A stretch of 64,000 nucleotides of DNA from Blastocatellia bacterium (GCA_963765495.1 CAVXWP010000008.1:512001-576000); one strand, 5' to 3'. Counted from the stretch's first letter, positions 29,747-40,774 are shown. Numbers and translations: made by a program. Notes: generated from the sequence alone by a model not told the origin.

Positions 29747-31912
29747 ATGCGACGACGCTTGAGCTTTCTTCTCATCATTTTTTTGATTTCGCTCGTCTCT
29801 GCCCAGGCCCAGAAGCGAGCCTTCACTCTTGAGGACCTTTACCGCATTAAATCCGTCTCAGACATTCAGGTGTCACCGGATGGAAAGTCGATACTCTATA
29901 CTATTTCAACATCCGATTTACCTCGCGCAAAGCGGAACTCTCAGGTCTGGATAATGGCGAGCGACGGAGGCAATGCGCGCCAGATGACTCGCGGCAGCAG
30001 TTCTTATTCCGCCCGGTTTTCACCGGACGGGAAATGGATTTCTTTTATAAGCTCGCGAGACGGGAACGCAAATCTATATGTGTTGCCGCTTGACGGGGGA
30101 GAGGCCAGACAGGTCACTCATGTCTCTACAGGGGTTGCCGACCCTCTCTGGTCGCCTGATGGAAAATCAATCGCCTTTACGACGGATGTCTATCCAGAAT
30201 GCGGCGCAGATGACCAGTGCAATAAGAAAACAGGGGACCGCTGGAGCGAGGGACCGTTGAAGGCGCACATGGCTGACGACCTTCTATACAGGCACTGGAC
30301 AGGATGGAAAGACGCCACCCGCACTCATATCTTTCTGGCTGATGCTCAAACCGGCAAAGTGAGGGATATGACCCCGGGCGACTTTGATGCGCCTCCGTTC
30401 TCGCTTGGCGGGCCGTTAAGCTATGATTTTTCACCCGACGGTATGGAATTCATTTACGCTTCGAATCACGACAAGAATCAGGCCAGTTCGACAAACAGTG
30501 ATCTATGGTTGACCTCGATCAAGGATCCGAGCGCAAGTCCAAGAAACATAACCGCTGCAAACCCGGCCTACGATGGCAGCCCTAAATATTCGCCGGACGG
30601 AAAATTCATCGCCTATCGAACGCAAAAGATACCCGCATACGAGTCGGACCTGTTTCGCATCGCGCTTTATGAGCGAGCTACGGGAAAGACATCGGTCCTG
30701 ACTGAATCATTCCAGAACTGGATTGATGATTTCGAATGGTCTGAGGATTCGAAGACGATTTACTTTATTGCGCAGGGCGCAGGGGCGACACCGCTTTACA
30801 GGTTGGATTTGAGTTCGGGCGCGGTCTCGGAGATGCTCAATGATAAGAGCATAGACGCCTTCAAATTTGGGCCAAACGACAATCGGCTGATTTACATCAA
30901 GCGAACCGTAGGCCAGCCGTCGGAAATTTACAGCGCGGGGGTGACGGGCGGAAAGGTTTCTACAGGGGCTCAAATCACGCATATAAATGACGCGCTCGTA
31001 AGCGAAGTAGACATTCGCCCGGCAGAGACGATGTGGGTAGAGGGTGCCGAAGGGGCCAAGGTGCAGGTGTTCGTGGTGAAACCTCACAACTTTGACCCTA
31101 ACAAGAAATACCCGTTTATACTCAATGTGCATGGCGGGCCGCAGGGCCAGTGGACGGACGGATTCCGAGGCGACTGGCAGGTATATCCGGGCGCGGGTTA
31201 TGTGGTGGCATTTGCAAATCCGCACGGTTCAACCGGGTATGGTCAGGCATACACCGCGCAGATTTCGGGCGACTGGGGCGGCGATGTTTTTGAAGACCTG
31301 ATGAAAGTTTCGGATGCGATGGCAAAGCTCCCCTATGTGGACAACTCACGCATGGGCGCGATGGGCTGGTCCTATGGCGGATATATGATGATGTGGTTCG
31401 AAGGCCACACCGACAGGTTTAAGGCGATAGCTTCGATGATGGGCATCTATGATTTGAGGTCGTTTTACGGGGCTACGGAAGAACTCTGGTTCCCCGAATG
31501 GGATTTGAAGGGGCAGCCGTGGACATCCGATCTCTATGAAAAGCTTTCGCCTTCCAATTCGGTGAAAAATTTTAAGACACCGGCGCTTGTGATATCGGGA
31601 GAGCGGGATTACAGGGTTCCATACACGCAATCCTTGCAATTTTATACGGCGCTACAGAAGATGGGGGTCCCTTCACGCCTGCTCATTTATCGGAATGCCG
31701 GGCACTGGCCAAGCTGGTACGAGATGGCGCTTTATTACACTGCCCACCTCGAATGGTTCAACAAATATCTTGGTGGTGAAGCGCCTCCATGGACTACGGA
31801 AGCATTCCTCAGAAACGCCGTTTTCGATACCGACACAGGGCAGCGCATCCCGCCCGAATCACCCGAGGCAAACGGCGGGACATCGAAGGCTATGAAACCG
31901 GCTCAAAAATAG
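29747..31912 (+). CDS. Secreted S9-family peptidase with PD40 beta-propeller
   Basis: SPDGK repeats, VHGGPQG, GWSYGG nucleophile, DYRVP, AGHW. Confidence 0.93.
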   Translation: MRRRLSFLLIIFLISLVSAQAQKRAFTLEDLYRIKSVSDIQVSPDGKSILYTISTSDLPRAKRNSQVWIMASDGGNARQMTRGSSSYSARFSPDGKWISFISSRDGNANLYVLPLDGGEARQVTHVSTGVADPLWSPDGKSIAFTTDVYPECGADDQCNKKTGDRWSEGPLKAHMADDLLYRHWTGWKDATRTHIFLADAQTGKVRDMTPGDFDAPPFSLGGPLSYDFSPDGMEFIYASNHDKNQASSTNSDLWLTSIKDPSASPRNITAANPAYDGSPKYSPDGKFIAYRTQKIPAYESDLFRIALYERATGKTSVLTESFQNWIDDFEWSEDSKTIYFIAQGAGATPLYRLDLSSGAVSEMLNDKSIDAFKFGPNDNRLIYIKRTVGQPSEIYSAGVTGGKVSTGAQITHINDALVSEVDIRPAETMWVEGAEGAKVQVFVVKPHNFDPNKKYPFILNVHGGPQGQWTDGFRGDWQVYPGAGYVVAFANPHGSTGYGQAYTAQISGDWGGDVFEDLMKVSDAMAKLPYVDNSRMGAMGWSYGGYMMMWFEGHTDRFKAIASMMGIYDLRSFYGATEELWFPEWDLKGQPWTSDLYEKLSPSNSVKNFKTPALVISGERDYRVPYTQSLQFYTALQKMGVPSRLLIYRNAGHWPSWYEMALYYTAHLEWFNKYLGGEAPPWTTEAFLRNAVFDTDTGQRIPPESPEANGGTSKAMKPAQK

Positions 31913-32019
31913 AGATGACAAGTTTGCCCCGCCTCTCCGGTCGCGCAAAATATGAGGAAAAAACCTGCAAGACATTTTGCGTGGCTGGCGGGCCGGGCGC
32001 TTTCGATTGGGATAAAACT

Positions 32020-32994
32020 ATGACGGAAGAATATTCTATAACCAGCGAGGAACGCGGCGGCACCGAGATTTACACCCTGCGGAACGGCGAGGTAGCTCAC
32101 GCAATGATCGCCCCGGCATGGGGGAATAATTGCTTTGAATTCATGGCGGGGGAATCGGTCCTTGAGCCGGTCCCCTTCGATGAATTCAGCAGAAAGCCCG
32201 GCAGTTATGGCGTCCCGATATTATTCCCTTTCCCAAACAGGGTCAGAGACGGTGCGTTCGAGTTCCGAGGCGAGACATACACAGCAGACCCGCCACGACA
32301 TGGATTTGTGCGCGACAAAGCGTGGAATATCGTTGACTCCGGTGCTGCCTTAGAAGATGGCGCGTGGATCAGGTGCGGTCTTGATGCGAATGATTACCTG
32401 GAAGAGATTCTGCAACGATTTCCCTTCCCGTTTTACATAGAGGTCACATACAGATTGAAGGGCACGACCCTGAGCATGGAAACCGTCATAGAAAACATTG
32501 GTGAAACCGATCTGCCTTTCGGGTTTGGCATTCATCCGTATTTTCGACGTCCCGAGCGCGCGTCCCTCCAGGTTCCTGCTAAAAAGATTTGGGAGTTAAA
32601 AGATTTTTTACCGACCGGAAACATCATCGAAGCCAAAGGCCGTTTGGACCTCAGGCAACCTTCGGATCTGGAAGGGCTGGAACTGGATGACATCTACACC
32701 GATCTCATTTCGGAGGAAGATGGTCAGGTCGAGTGCAAATTGAGCGATATTGATTCCGGCAAGAGTACGATTGTTTCCTTTGATGGAAAGGGATTCCCTC
32801 ACGTAGTCGCATACACGGCTCCGCCTCCAAGACATGCAGTTGCAATCGAGCCTTACACATGTCCTACGGACGCTTTCAATCTTTCCGCCCGAGGCGTCGA
32901 GAGCGATCTGATAATTCTCTCACCCGGCGGGAAGCGAAATTTTCTGATTCGGATTTCGTCCTCAGAAACCTCGCCCCGGAAAGAGGCAGGTTAA
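32020..32994 (+). CDS. Aldose 1-epimerase family protein
   Basis: LFPFPNRVRDG, HGF, GFGIHPYF, AIEPYT. Confidence 0.88.
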   Translation: MTEEYSITSEERGGTEIYTLRNGEVAHAMIAPAWGNNCFEFMAGESVLEPVPFDEFSRKPGSYGVPILFPFPNRVRDGAFEFRGETYTADPPRHGFVRDKAWNIVDSGAALEDGAWIRCGLDANDYLEEILQRFPFPFYIEVTYRLKGTTLSMETVIENIGETDLPFGFGIHPYFRRPERASLQVPAKKIWELKDFLPTGNIIEAKGRLDLRQPSDLEGLELDDIYTDLISEEDGQVECKLSDIDSGKSTIVSFDGKGFPHVVAYTAPPPRHAVAIEPYTCPTDAFNLSARGVESDLIILSPGGKRNFLIRISSSETSPRKEAG

Positions 32995-32996
32995 GC

Positions 32997-33566
32997 ATGC
33001 CTTTTCTGAAACCGGATTTTTTCGCGCAGGATACACTGATTGTTGCTCGCGGGTTGATCGGGGCGACGCTCGTCTTTGGAAAGTGCGAAGGCAGGATTGT
33101 CGAGACCGAGGCATATACAACCGACGCCGCCTCGCACGCGCTGATGCGCAGGAACACGGGGGCGCTGATGAGAGAGACATTCGGGTATGTCTATATTCAT
33201 ATCAATTATGGCGTTCATTACTGCCTCAACCTCACAACGGATAGGACCGGCCCCGGAGCCGTCCTGATTCGCGCGGTCGAACCGCTTGCGGGTATCGAAA
33301 TTATGTCAGAAAGAAGAGGGACTTCGGACCCGAAAAAACTTGCGAGCGGGCCGGGTCGTCTGGGACAGGCTTTCGGAATTGATATGCGGCTGAACGGCTC
33401 AATGATAAACAGGGAGATCAGGATTAGGGCTCGCGTGAGCGAGTCGGAAATTTCCAAAAGCCCGAGGGTAGGTATTAGGCGGGCTACCGATCTTGAGTGG
33501 CGTTTTTTTGAACGTGACAATCCATTTGTGAGCGCCGCAAGATTTGCCGCGCAGAACGCGGGTTGA
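32997..33566 (+). CDS. mpg: 3-methyladenine DNA glycosylase (MPG/AAG family)
   Basis: GRIVETEAY, YGVHYCLN, AVLIRAVEP, SGPGRL, PRVGI. Confidence 0.92.
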   Translation: MPFLKPDFFAQDTLIVARGLIGATLVFGKCEGRIVETEAYTTDAASHALMRRNTGALMRETFGYVYIHINYGVHYCLNLTTDRTGPGAVLIRAVEPLAGIEIMSERRGTSDPKKLASGPGRLGQAFGIDMRLNGSMINREIRIRARVSESEISKSPRVGIRRATDLEWRFFERDNPFVSAARFAAQNAG

Positions 33567-33618
33567 GGCTCGATGAGGCGGTTGATACAATCAGCCCGGT
33601 TTTTTAGATGCGGGTACA

Positions 33619-34665
33619 ATGACCGAGAACATGCTTATGAAAAATGATCTGATATTGCGCGCGGCCAGAGGCGAGCCGGTCGAGAGGACACCCGTCTGGA
33701 TGATGCGCCAGGCAGGCAGGTATCTGCCCGAATACCGCGCCGTGCGGGCCGAAACCGATTTTTTGACTCTGTGTAAGACGCCTGAACTGGCCGTAGAGGT
33801 ATCGCTTCAGCCGCTGGATATTCTCGGCGTGGATGCCGTGATAATGTTCAGCGATATTTTGATTCCAGCCGAAGCCATGGGGCAGGAAGTCAGATTGACG
33901 GAGAAGAAAGGCCCGGAATTACCCGATCCCGTTCGAACTCAAAGACAGGTTGATGCTTTAGGGATCCCGGACCCGATTGAGAGGACCGGGTTTGTGATGG
34001 AGATAATCAAAACACTTCGAAAGGAACTCGATGGCCGCGTCCCCTTGATAGGTTTTGCCGGAGCGCCCTGGACGCTGGCGGCCTACATGGTTGAAGGCGG
34101 CGGATCGAAGAACTACTCGACCGTCAAACGCATGATGTATCAGGAACCGGCGCTGTTGCATTCGCTTCTAGCGAAGATCGCCGACACGACGATTCTTTAT
34201 CTAAACGCGCAGATCGAAGCAGGCGCGCAAATCATTCAGCTTTTCGACTCGTGGGCCGGAGAGCTTTCGCCTGATGACTACGAGCGATTTGCTTTGCCTT
34301 ACGAGACAAAGATTTTCGAATCGCTGAATCGAAAGGCGGCCCCCGCGATTCTATATATAAATGGATGCGGGACGCTGTTGGAATTGATGGCGCGATGTGG
34401 GGCCGATGTGTTGAGTATCGACTGGCGCGTCGGATTGAAAGAGGCGAGAGCGCGTACCGGCAACAAGGTGACATTGCAGGGCAATCTGGACCCGTGCGTT
34501 CTGCTTTCGAATCCTGAAACAGTAAGGGCTGGAGCGCAAAAGTTAATCGCGGAGGGCGGAGGTCACAGGCATATTTTGAATCTGGGTCATGGGATTCTGC
34601 CCATGACTCCCGTAGAAAACGCCCGCGCATTTATCGAAGCGGCCAAATCACCGACTACAAATTGA
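33619..34665 (+). CDS. hemE: Uroporphyrinogen decarboxylase
   Basis: PVWMMRQAGRYLPEY, FSDIL, GFAGAPWTL, LQGNLDP, NLGHG. Confidence 0.97.
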   Translation: MTENMLMKNDLILRAARGEPVERTPVWMMRQAGRYLPEYRAVRAETDFLTLCKTPELAVEVSLQPLDILGVDAVIMFSDILIPAEAMGQEVRLTEKKGPELPDPVRTQRQVDALGIPDPIERTGFVMEIIKTLRKELDGRVPLIGFAGAPWTLAAYMVEGGGSKNYSTVKRMMYQEPALLHSLLAKIADTTILYLNAQIEAGAQIIQLFDSWAGELSPDDYERFALPYETKIFESLNRKAAPAILYINGCGTLLELMARCGADVLSIDWRVGLKEARARTGNKVTLQGNLDPCVLLSNPETVRAGAQKLIAEGGGHRHILNLGHGILPMTPVENARAFIEAAKSPTTN

Positions 34666-34672
34666 TTCAGGC

Positions 34673-35677
34673 ATGGACGATTCAGAAATCGAAAAAGATC
34701 GTATTGGGATATTGCTTTTCAACCTCGGCGGGCCTGAAAAGCTCGACGATGTGCGGCCTTTCTTGTACAACCTCTTCTCTGATCCCGACATTATAAGGCT
34801 GCCGGTAAAGGCTATGCAGAAGCCGCTCGCTTGGCTCATCTCGACTCAACGGTTCAAAAAATCAAGCGGTTATTACAGGCAGATTGGCGGCGGCTCGCCC
34901 CTTCGGAGGATAACCGACGAACAGGCCCGGGCGCTTGAGGCTGAGCTTGCCAGCCGTGGGATCGAAGCCCGCGCCTATGTCGGTATGCGGTACTGGAACC
35001 CTTTTACTGAAGAAGCAATCGAACAGATACGGCGAGACCGTGTTAACCGGCTGATCGTTCTGCCACTTTATCCGCAGTTTTCGCTTTCAACGACGGGATC
35101 GAGTCTCAATAGAATGAAGTCTATCCTCGAAGAGACAGAGCACGACATCCCAAGAATTTCCATCATAAGAAACTGGCACGAAAACCCGGAATATTTAGAG
35201 GCGCTCGCATTGACGGTCCGTGAGGAACTGGCCAATTTCCCTGATGACCGAGAGGCTGCCGTAAACATCGTTTTTAGCGCGCACAGCGTCCCGGTCAGCT
35301 ACATCAAAGAGGGCGACCCTTATCTGGATCAGACCAGAGAGACGGTCGAGCTTGTGATGGATCGGATAGGCAGAGAGCATCCCTACACGCTCTCTTTTCA
35401 AAGCAAGGTCGGACCCGTCAAATGGCTTGAGCCTTCGACCGATCAGACGCTGAGGAGGCTCGCCAGTGAGGGCGTATCGCGTGTATTGCTGGTCCCTGTG
35501 AGTTTTGTGTCCGAGCACATAGAGACTCTTTACGAACTGGACATACTTTACCGGGGCGTAGCCGAAGAGGTCGGGCTGACACATTACAGGCGCGCTCCCG
35601 CCTTGAATTGCCGCCCGGACTTTATCAGTGCTCTTGCCGATCTGGTGGAGGGCGAGATGGGGGTGCGCGATTCGTGA
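34673..35677 (+). CDS. hemH: Ferrochelatase
   Basis: NLGGP, IGGGSPL, MRYWNP, LYPQFS, FSAHS, FVSEHIETLYELD. Confidence 0.96.
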   Translation: MDDSEIEKDRIGILLFNLGGPEKLDDVRPFLYNLFSDPDIIRLPVKAMQKPLAWLISTQRFKKSSGYYRQIGGGSPLRRITDEQARALEAELASRGIEARAYVGMRYWNPFTEEAIEQIRRDRVNRLIVLPLYPQFSLSTTGSSLNRMKSILEETEHDIPRISIIRNWHENPEYLEALALTVREELANFPDDREAAVNIVFSAHSVPVSYIKEGDPYLDQTRETVELVMDRIGREHPYTLSFQSKVGPVKWLEPSTDQTLRRLASEGVSRVLLVPVSFVSEHIETLYELDILYRGVAEEVGLTHYRRAPALNCRPDFISALADLVEGEMGVRDS

Positions 35678-35779
35678 TTCGTGATTCGTGAAAAGAGGTA
35701 GAACAGGGTTTACAGAAAGATTGAGAATGAAATCCCTTCTAGGCTGTTAATAGCATTCAGGCACTCAACTCAAAAGTGT

Positions 35780-37204
35780 ATGACTGAAAATAATAGAGAC
35801 ATCATTGTTATTGGGGCGGGCATTTCGGGGCTTGCCTGCGCTTTCCGGCTGAAGAGTCTCGGAGTCGATGTCCTGTTATTGGAAATATCCGAGAAGGTCG
35901 GCGGGGTGATTCAAAGTGAGAGGATTGGCGATTTTTTGATCGAGCGTGGTCCCAACAGTTCTCAGGGGGCCGAAGAATTACTCTCGCTTGTTGAGGAGTT
36001 GGGAATCAATGATGAGATGGTCGAAGGTGATCCGAAAGCTCCTGCATACGTCTATTTCAGAAGGCGATTGCACCCGGTTCCTTCAAGCCCGGCGGCTTTT
36101 TTAGGGAGCCGGTTGTTAAGTCTGAGAGGGAAGCTGCGAATTTTGCTCGAACCATTTATCCCGGTGCGACGGTCGGAGACCGAAGAGAGTGTGTTTGCTT
36201 TTGCTCGCAGGCGAATCGGGCGGGAGGCGGCCGAACGGATGGTCGCGCCCTTTGTTTCGGGCATATATGCCGGGGATGCAGATCAGTTGAGCGTGAAGGC
36301 CGCATTCCCAAAACTATCAAACCTTGAAGCCGAGTACGGTGGCCTGATCCGTGGCACGATTGCCAAAGCACGCGAGGCGCGCAGCAAGAAGAAGTCCGTA
36401 AACGCGGTGCTTGATAAAGCCGCTCCTGCCAGGCGGAGGCTTATCTCGTTCAAGAATGGAATGCTTACTCTTCCACAAACGCTGGCATCACGGCTGGGTG
36501 AAGATTTGATCACGGGATGCACCCGGATATCGCTCTCAGCGATCAGCAGTCAGACGGCGAAGGGGATTAACTTTTCAGTCGCATTTGAACGCGGCGGTGT
36601 CTTTGAGAAGCTATCATGCAAGGAGGTAGTGATAGCTACGCCCTCGGGCGCGGCGGCAACCCTGATTCATCCGATATCGGAAGAGTTGTCCGAATTGCTA
36701 AAGGAGATAAAATACCCTCCCCTCTCGATTCTTTCCATCGCCTATGACTCTTCAAAGATAAAGACTCCGCTTAATGGGTTTGGATTTCTTGTTGCGCCCT
36801 CCGAAGGTTTGAATATATTGGGTTGCGTCTGGAACTCAAGCCTTTTTCCGGGGCGGGCTCCGAGCGGAAAGACGCTTTTGACGGTCTTTATAGGAGGGGC
36901 GCGTAATCCCGAATCTGCCCGTCGCGGTGATGATGAGCTTCTTTCAATGGCTCACAAAGAGTTACGGGATGTTCTTGGAATTTCCGGCGAGCCACAACTC
37001 GTTGCCGTTACGCGGTGGGAAAGGGCGATCCCACAGTACGGGCTGGGGCATCACTCACGCGTTCAACGTATTGAAGAGATTTTAAAAGATCTGAAAGGCT
37101 TACACCTCGCAGGGAACTATCTGCACGGAGTTTCAACGGGGGATTGTGTCAAAGAAGCTCTTGAGACCGCAGAAAAGCTGGCCAAATCCGTCAAATCAAA
37201 TTGA
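35780..37204 (+). CDS. hemY: Proto/coproporphyrinogen oxidase (HemY type)
   Basis: IGAGISGL, ERGPNS, SGIYAGD, GFGFLV, AIPQY, AGNY. Confidence 0.92.
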   Translation: MTENNRDIIVIGAGISGLACAFRLKSLGVDVLLLEISEKVGGVIQSERIGDFLIERGPNSSQGAEELLSLVEELGINDEMVEGDPKAPAYVYFRRRLHPVPSSPAAFLGSRLLSLRGKLRILLEPFIPVRRSETEESVFAFARRRIGREAAERMVAPFVSGIYAGDADQLSVKAAFPKLSNLEAEYGGLIRGTIAKAREARSKKKSVNAVLDKAAPARRRLISFKNGMLTLPQTLASRLGEDLITGCTRISLSAISSQTAKGINFSVAFERGGVFEKLSCKEVVIATPSGAAATLIHPISEELSELLKEIKYPPLSILSIAYDSSKIKTPLNGFGFLVAPSEGLNILGCVWNSSLFPGRAPSGKTLLTVFIGGARNPESARRGDDELLSMAHKELRDVLGISGEPQLVAVTRWERAIPQYGLGHHSRVQRIEEILKDLKGLHLAGNYLHGVSTGDCVKEALETAEKLAKSVKSN

Positions 37205-37234
37205 TAAAACAGGACTTTTTCCTTCCTGGGACCC

Positions 37235-37507
37235 AGAGCCATTGGGTTTTCCAAAATGTAGGATTGGAAAATAGAATAGGCCACGGATTATACGGATCAG
37301 ACGGATCAACACGGACTAGCTCAATAGGGTCTGATCCGCGCAAATCCGCCGCATCCGCGTCCGTCCCGGCCTATTTCAAGTATTCTAACCAGCATGTTGA
37401 AAATCATTATGAATATACGAATTCGAGTGTCAAACCTCATCATCTGAAGAGATTTGGTATAATACAATTGTCGCCTGATGCCCGTAGAATAAAAGCCAAA
37501 TGGCTCT
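37235..37507. repeat. MITE-like element with imperfect TIRs and an ACGGAT-repeat palindromic core; related copy at about 55537-55726
   Basis: AGAGCCATTGGGTTTT / AAAAGCCAAATGGCTCT; core ATAGGCCACGGATT..ACGGATC..GATCCGCG..CGTCCCGGCCTAT. Confidence 0.55.
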
Positions 37508-37774
37508 CTAATTCGGGCCGCTCTTACAGGTCATGCCCTGGCCTGAAACCGCTAAATATACAGATGACGATCTGCGAAACATCTATGAATACCTGAGCGC
37601 GATTCCCCACGCCGAACCGGCTCAGTAGACAAAAGGTATACCTGCTGAGATTTCAAACCTAAAATCCCAAATCTCAGATTGAGAAGCACCGATGGGGGCA
37701 AAGGAAAAATCAACGTGTATGGGAATCCGTCAGCCTTGCTCTCATCGGTGTAATTTTTCCGGTGAGTCCGAACC

Positions 37775-39067
37775 TCAGAAATCTGCCGCAGGTGTGTTTG
37801 CGTTATAGACTTCCACCCCGCCGACAAAAGTAGCGACGACTGCTCCCTGAAGGCTACGCCCGCCGAAGGGCGTGTTTCGGCTCCTGGATTTAAAGGTGGA
37901 TGGGTCTACCATATATTCACGAGTCGGGTCAAAGATGACAATATCAGCCTGTGATCCTCTGGCCAGTGAGCCGCATTGCAGGCCAAAGGCTCTCGCAGGA
38001 CCGCTTGTCAGCGTCTCTATTATCCGGGCCACGCCGATACCGCCATCCCGATGCAGGACCGTTAACGCTACGCCAAGGGCCGTTTCGAGTCCTATCACGC
38101 CAAACGGGGCGTGATCATATTCGAGCATCTTTTCATCCTGGTGATGCGGGGCATGATCGGTAGCGATTGCATCTATCGTTTTGTCGCGTATGCCTTCAAT
38201 GAGCGCCTGTCTATCCCGCTCTGATCGAAGCGGCGGGTTCATCTTCGTATTCGTGTCAAAGCCGGTGACCTCTTCATCGGTCAGCGCAAGATGATGGGGG
38301 GTGACCTCACAGGTAATGTGAACACCCCGCCTTTTGGCCTGCCGGACGATTTCGACCCCGCCTTCCGTAGAGATATGTGCGATATGAATGCGTGCTCCAG
38401 TCAACTCCGCAAGCAAAATATCACGAGCGACATGGCTCTCTTCGGCAGCGGCGGCCATCCCTTTGAGCCCAAGAATAGTTGAATACAGCCCCTCATTCAT
38501 TACGCCCCCGGCCGAGAGGGCAAGGTCCTGGCAATGATCTACGATCACAAGATCGTGATCTCGCGCGTATTCCATTGCGTGGCGCATCACCTGAGAATTC
38601 ATGACCGGGCGTCCATCATCAGAGACGGCTACGGCACCCGCCTCTTTCATCTCAGCCATTTCGGCCAGCTCTTCCCCCTTTGAACCGCGTGTAATTGCAC
38701 CAATCGGATAAACGCGGGCAAGACCGACTTCTCGCGCCTTATCAATAATGTAGCGGGTGATTGAGGAGTTATCGTTTACGGGGAGTGTATTCGGCATCGC
38801 GCAGATCGATGTGAATCCCCCGGCAACTGCGGCGGCGGCCCCGGTTGCGATTGTCTCTTTGTATTCCTGACCCGGCTCTCTCAAATGCACGTGAAGGTCA
38901 ATAAAGCCGGGCGAAACAATGAGGCCCGTCGCGTCAAAGACCTGTGCGTCTTTATATGAGAGGCTGGTTCCCAGTGAAGAGATGCGACCATTTTCAATCA
39001 GGAGGTCAGCCTGTTCATCCATTTCCTGAGAAGGGTCGATGACCCTCCCGCCCTTGATTAAAAGCAT
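37775..39067 (-). CDS. pyrC: Dihydroorotase
   Basis: DLHVHLREPG, MPNT, EVTPHHL, KMNPPLR, ATDHAPH. Confidence 0.96.
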   Translation of the reverse strand: MLLIKGGRVIDPSQEMDEQADLLIENGRISSLGTSLSYKDAQVFDATGLIVSPGFIDLHVHLREPGQEYKETIATGAAAAVAGGFTSICAMPNTLPVNDNSSITRYIIDKAREVGLARVYPIGAITRGSKGEELAEMAEMKEAGAVAVSDDGRPVMNSQVMRHAMEYARDHDLVIVDHCQDLALSAGGVMNEGLYSTILGLKGMAAAAEESHVARDILLAELTGARIHIAHISTEGGVEIVRQAKRRGVHITCEVTPHHLALTDEEVTGFDTNTKMNPPLRSERDRQALIEGIRDKTIDAIATDHAPHHQDEKMLEYDHAPFGVIGLETALGVALTVLHRDGGIGVARIIETLTSGPARAFGLQCGSLARGSQADIVIFDPTREYMVDPSTFKSRSRNTPFGGRSLQGAVVATFVGGVEVYNANTPAADF

Positions 39068-40065
39068 CACTGCGACTCCCTGCCAATTAGGAGAAATAGT
39101 ATGGCCATTCGCACGGCCACCCCATTCGTTACCTGATCGAGAATGAGCGAATTAGCGCCGTCAACTACTTCAGAGCTTATCTCCACGCCGCGATTGACCG
39201 GGCCCGGATGCATCACAATGCAATCGGCGGCAGCCAGCCGCAGCCGGTTCATCGTCAAACCATAATGGATCGAATATTCCTTTAGCGACGGGAAGTATGC
39301 GTCAGACATGCGTTCGCGCTGGATTCTGAGCATCATAACGACATCCGCGCCTTCGATGGCCTCTTCGACCCTGTCACATACAATAAGCGAGCCCTCTCGA
39401 TTCTCTACGATCTTCTCGAATTGAACCGGCAGCATAGTGCGGGGACCGGCTACGCGGAGGTGCGCCCCAAGAGTAGTCAGAAGATGGACGTTTGATCGTG
39501 CGACCCGGCTGTGCATTATATCGCCTACGATGGCGACTTGAAGACCGGCGATCTTTCCTTTTCGCTCACGTATTGTCGAAGCATCGAGCAGCGCCTGCGT
39601 AGGGTGCTCGTGCGCGCCATCACCCGCGTTGATAATTGAGGCCGTCACCATCCGGGCCAGTTGATGAGGGACTCCGGGCGATGAATGGCGGATCACAATC
39701 ACATCGGGGGCCATCGCTTGCAGATTACAAGCCGTGTCTTTTAGCGTTTCTCCCTTTGATAATGAAGAGCCCGACGCGGAGATATTTATCGCATCGGCGG
39801 ACAGCCGTTTCGCGGCTATCTCGAAGGATGTGCGTGTGCGCGTAGAGGACTCAAAGAAAAAATTGATAACGGTTTTGCCGCGCAGGGTTGGGACCTTTTT
39901 GATCGAACGCGTGGAGACTTCTTTGAAAGTCTCGGCTGCATCGAGGATGGTATTTATCTCCTCGACGTTCAACCCCCTGATGCCTAACAGGTCTTTCCTA
40001 TTGAATGCCAACTTTGTCCGTTGTCTGATGTCCGTCGGGGGCGGTTGGCCGCGCGCAATAGACAA
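39067..40065 (-). CDS. pyrB: Aspartate carbamoyltransferase catalytic subunit
   Basis: [33 protein letters not shown]. Confidence 0.97.
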   Translation of the reverse strand: MSIARGQPPPTDIRQRTKLAFNRKDLLGIRGLNVEEINTILDAAETFKEVSTRSIKKVPTLRGKTVINFFFESSTRTRTSFEIAAKRLSADAINISASGSSLSKGETLKDTACNLQAMAPDVIVIRHSSPGVPHQLARMVTASIINAGDGAHEHPTQALLDASTIRERKGKIAGLQVAIVGDIMHSRVARSNVHLLTTLGAHLRVAGPRTMLPVQFEKIVENREGSLIVCDRVEEAIEGADVVMMLRIQRERMSDAYFPSLKEYSIHYGLTMNRLRLAAADCIVMHPGPVNRGVEISSEVVDGANSLILDQVTNGVAVRMAILFLLIGRESQ

Positions 40066-40096
40066 GAGGCGGCTCCTACCGGCTGACGGAGCAATT

Positions 40097-40642
40097 CTAT
40101 TCTGGTTCGACGACGATTACCTGTTCCGTTTCGTCATACTCTTCGAGCATGACTTTTACGATTTCCCGGTCAGTCGTTTGCAAAATCTTTCCAACGTAAT
40201 CGGCCTGGATTGGCAGTTCCCTGTGGCCGCGATCAATAAGGACGGCGAGTTCGACCCTGCGGGGCCGCCCGAAATCTATCAATTCATCCAGGGCCGCCCG
40301 TATCGTGCGACCGGTGTAGAGCACATCGTCAACCAGCACGATGGTGCAATCGCTTACATCCACGGGGATTTCGGTCCGGTTCACAACCGGGTTTGGGCCT
40401 ACGGTTGACAGGTCGTCACGATAGAGAGTGATATCGAGTTGCCCGGTCGGGGGGCGCTGCCCCTCAAGTTGTTCGATGCGGTCAGCAATTCTCTCGGCCA
40501 GAGGCACGCCCCGCCTTCGAATTCCAAGCAAGAGCAAATCTGCTGTTCCTACGTTTCGTTCTACGATTTGAGACGCCAGCCGCGAAAGTGCGCGCTTTAT
40601 CCCTACGGCATCCATGATCTGCTCTTTTAGCTTGAATTCCAT
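40097..40642 (-). CDS. pyrR: Bifunctional pyrimidine regulator / uracil phosphoribosyltransferase
   Basis: [43 protein letters not shown]. Confidence 0.96.
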   Translation of the reverse strand: MEFKLKEQIMDAVGIKRALSRLASQIVERNVGTADLLLLGIRRRGVPLAERIADRIEQLEGQRPPTGQLDITLYRDDLSTVGPNPVVNRTEIPVDVSDCTIVLVDDVLYTGRTIRAALDELIDFGRPRRVELAVLIDRGHRELPIQADYVGKILQTTDREIVKVMLEEYDETEQVIVVEPE

Positions 40643-40678
40643 CCTTGAAGGCTCCTCTACCGACTTCAGGTCGCGCTG

Positions 40679-40707
40679 AATATAGCATGGCGTGGGGGCA
40701 CACTCAA
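40679..40707 (-). promoter_or_regulatory. Sigma70-type promoter of pyrR-pyrB-pyrC
   Basis: TTGAGT-17 nt-TATATT with extended -10 TG. Confidence 0.55.
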
Positions 40708-40774
40708 GCCGGGGCTTTGCCGAATCGGGGTTAAATTGTAGGTTGCTGGCTGATGTCTTTCTCTAGCCTCGAAA

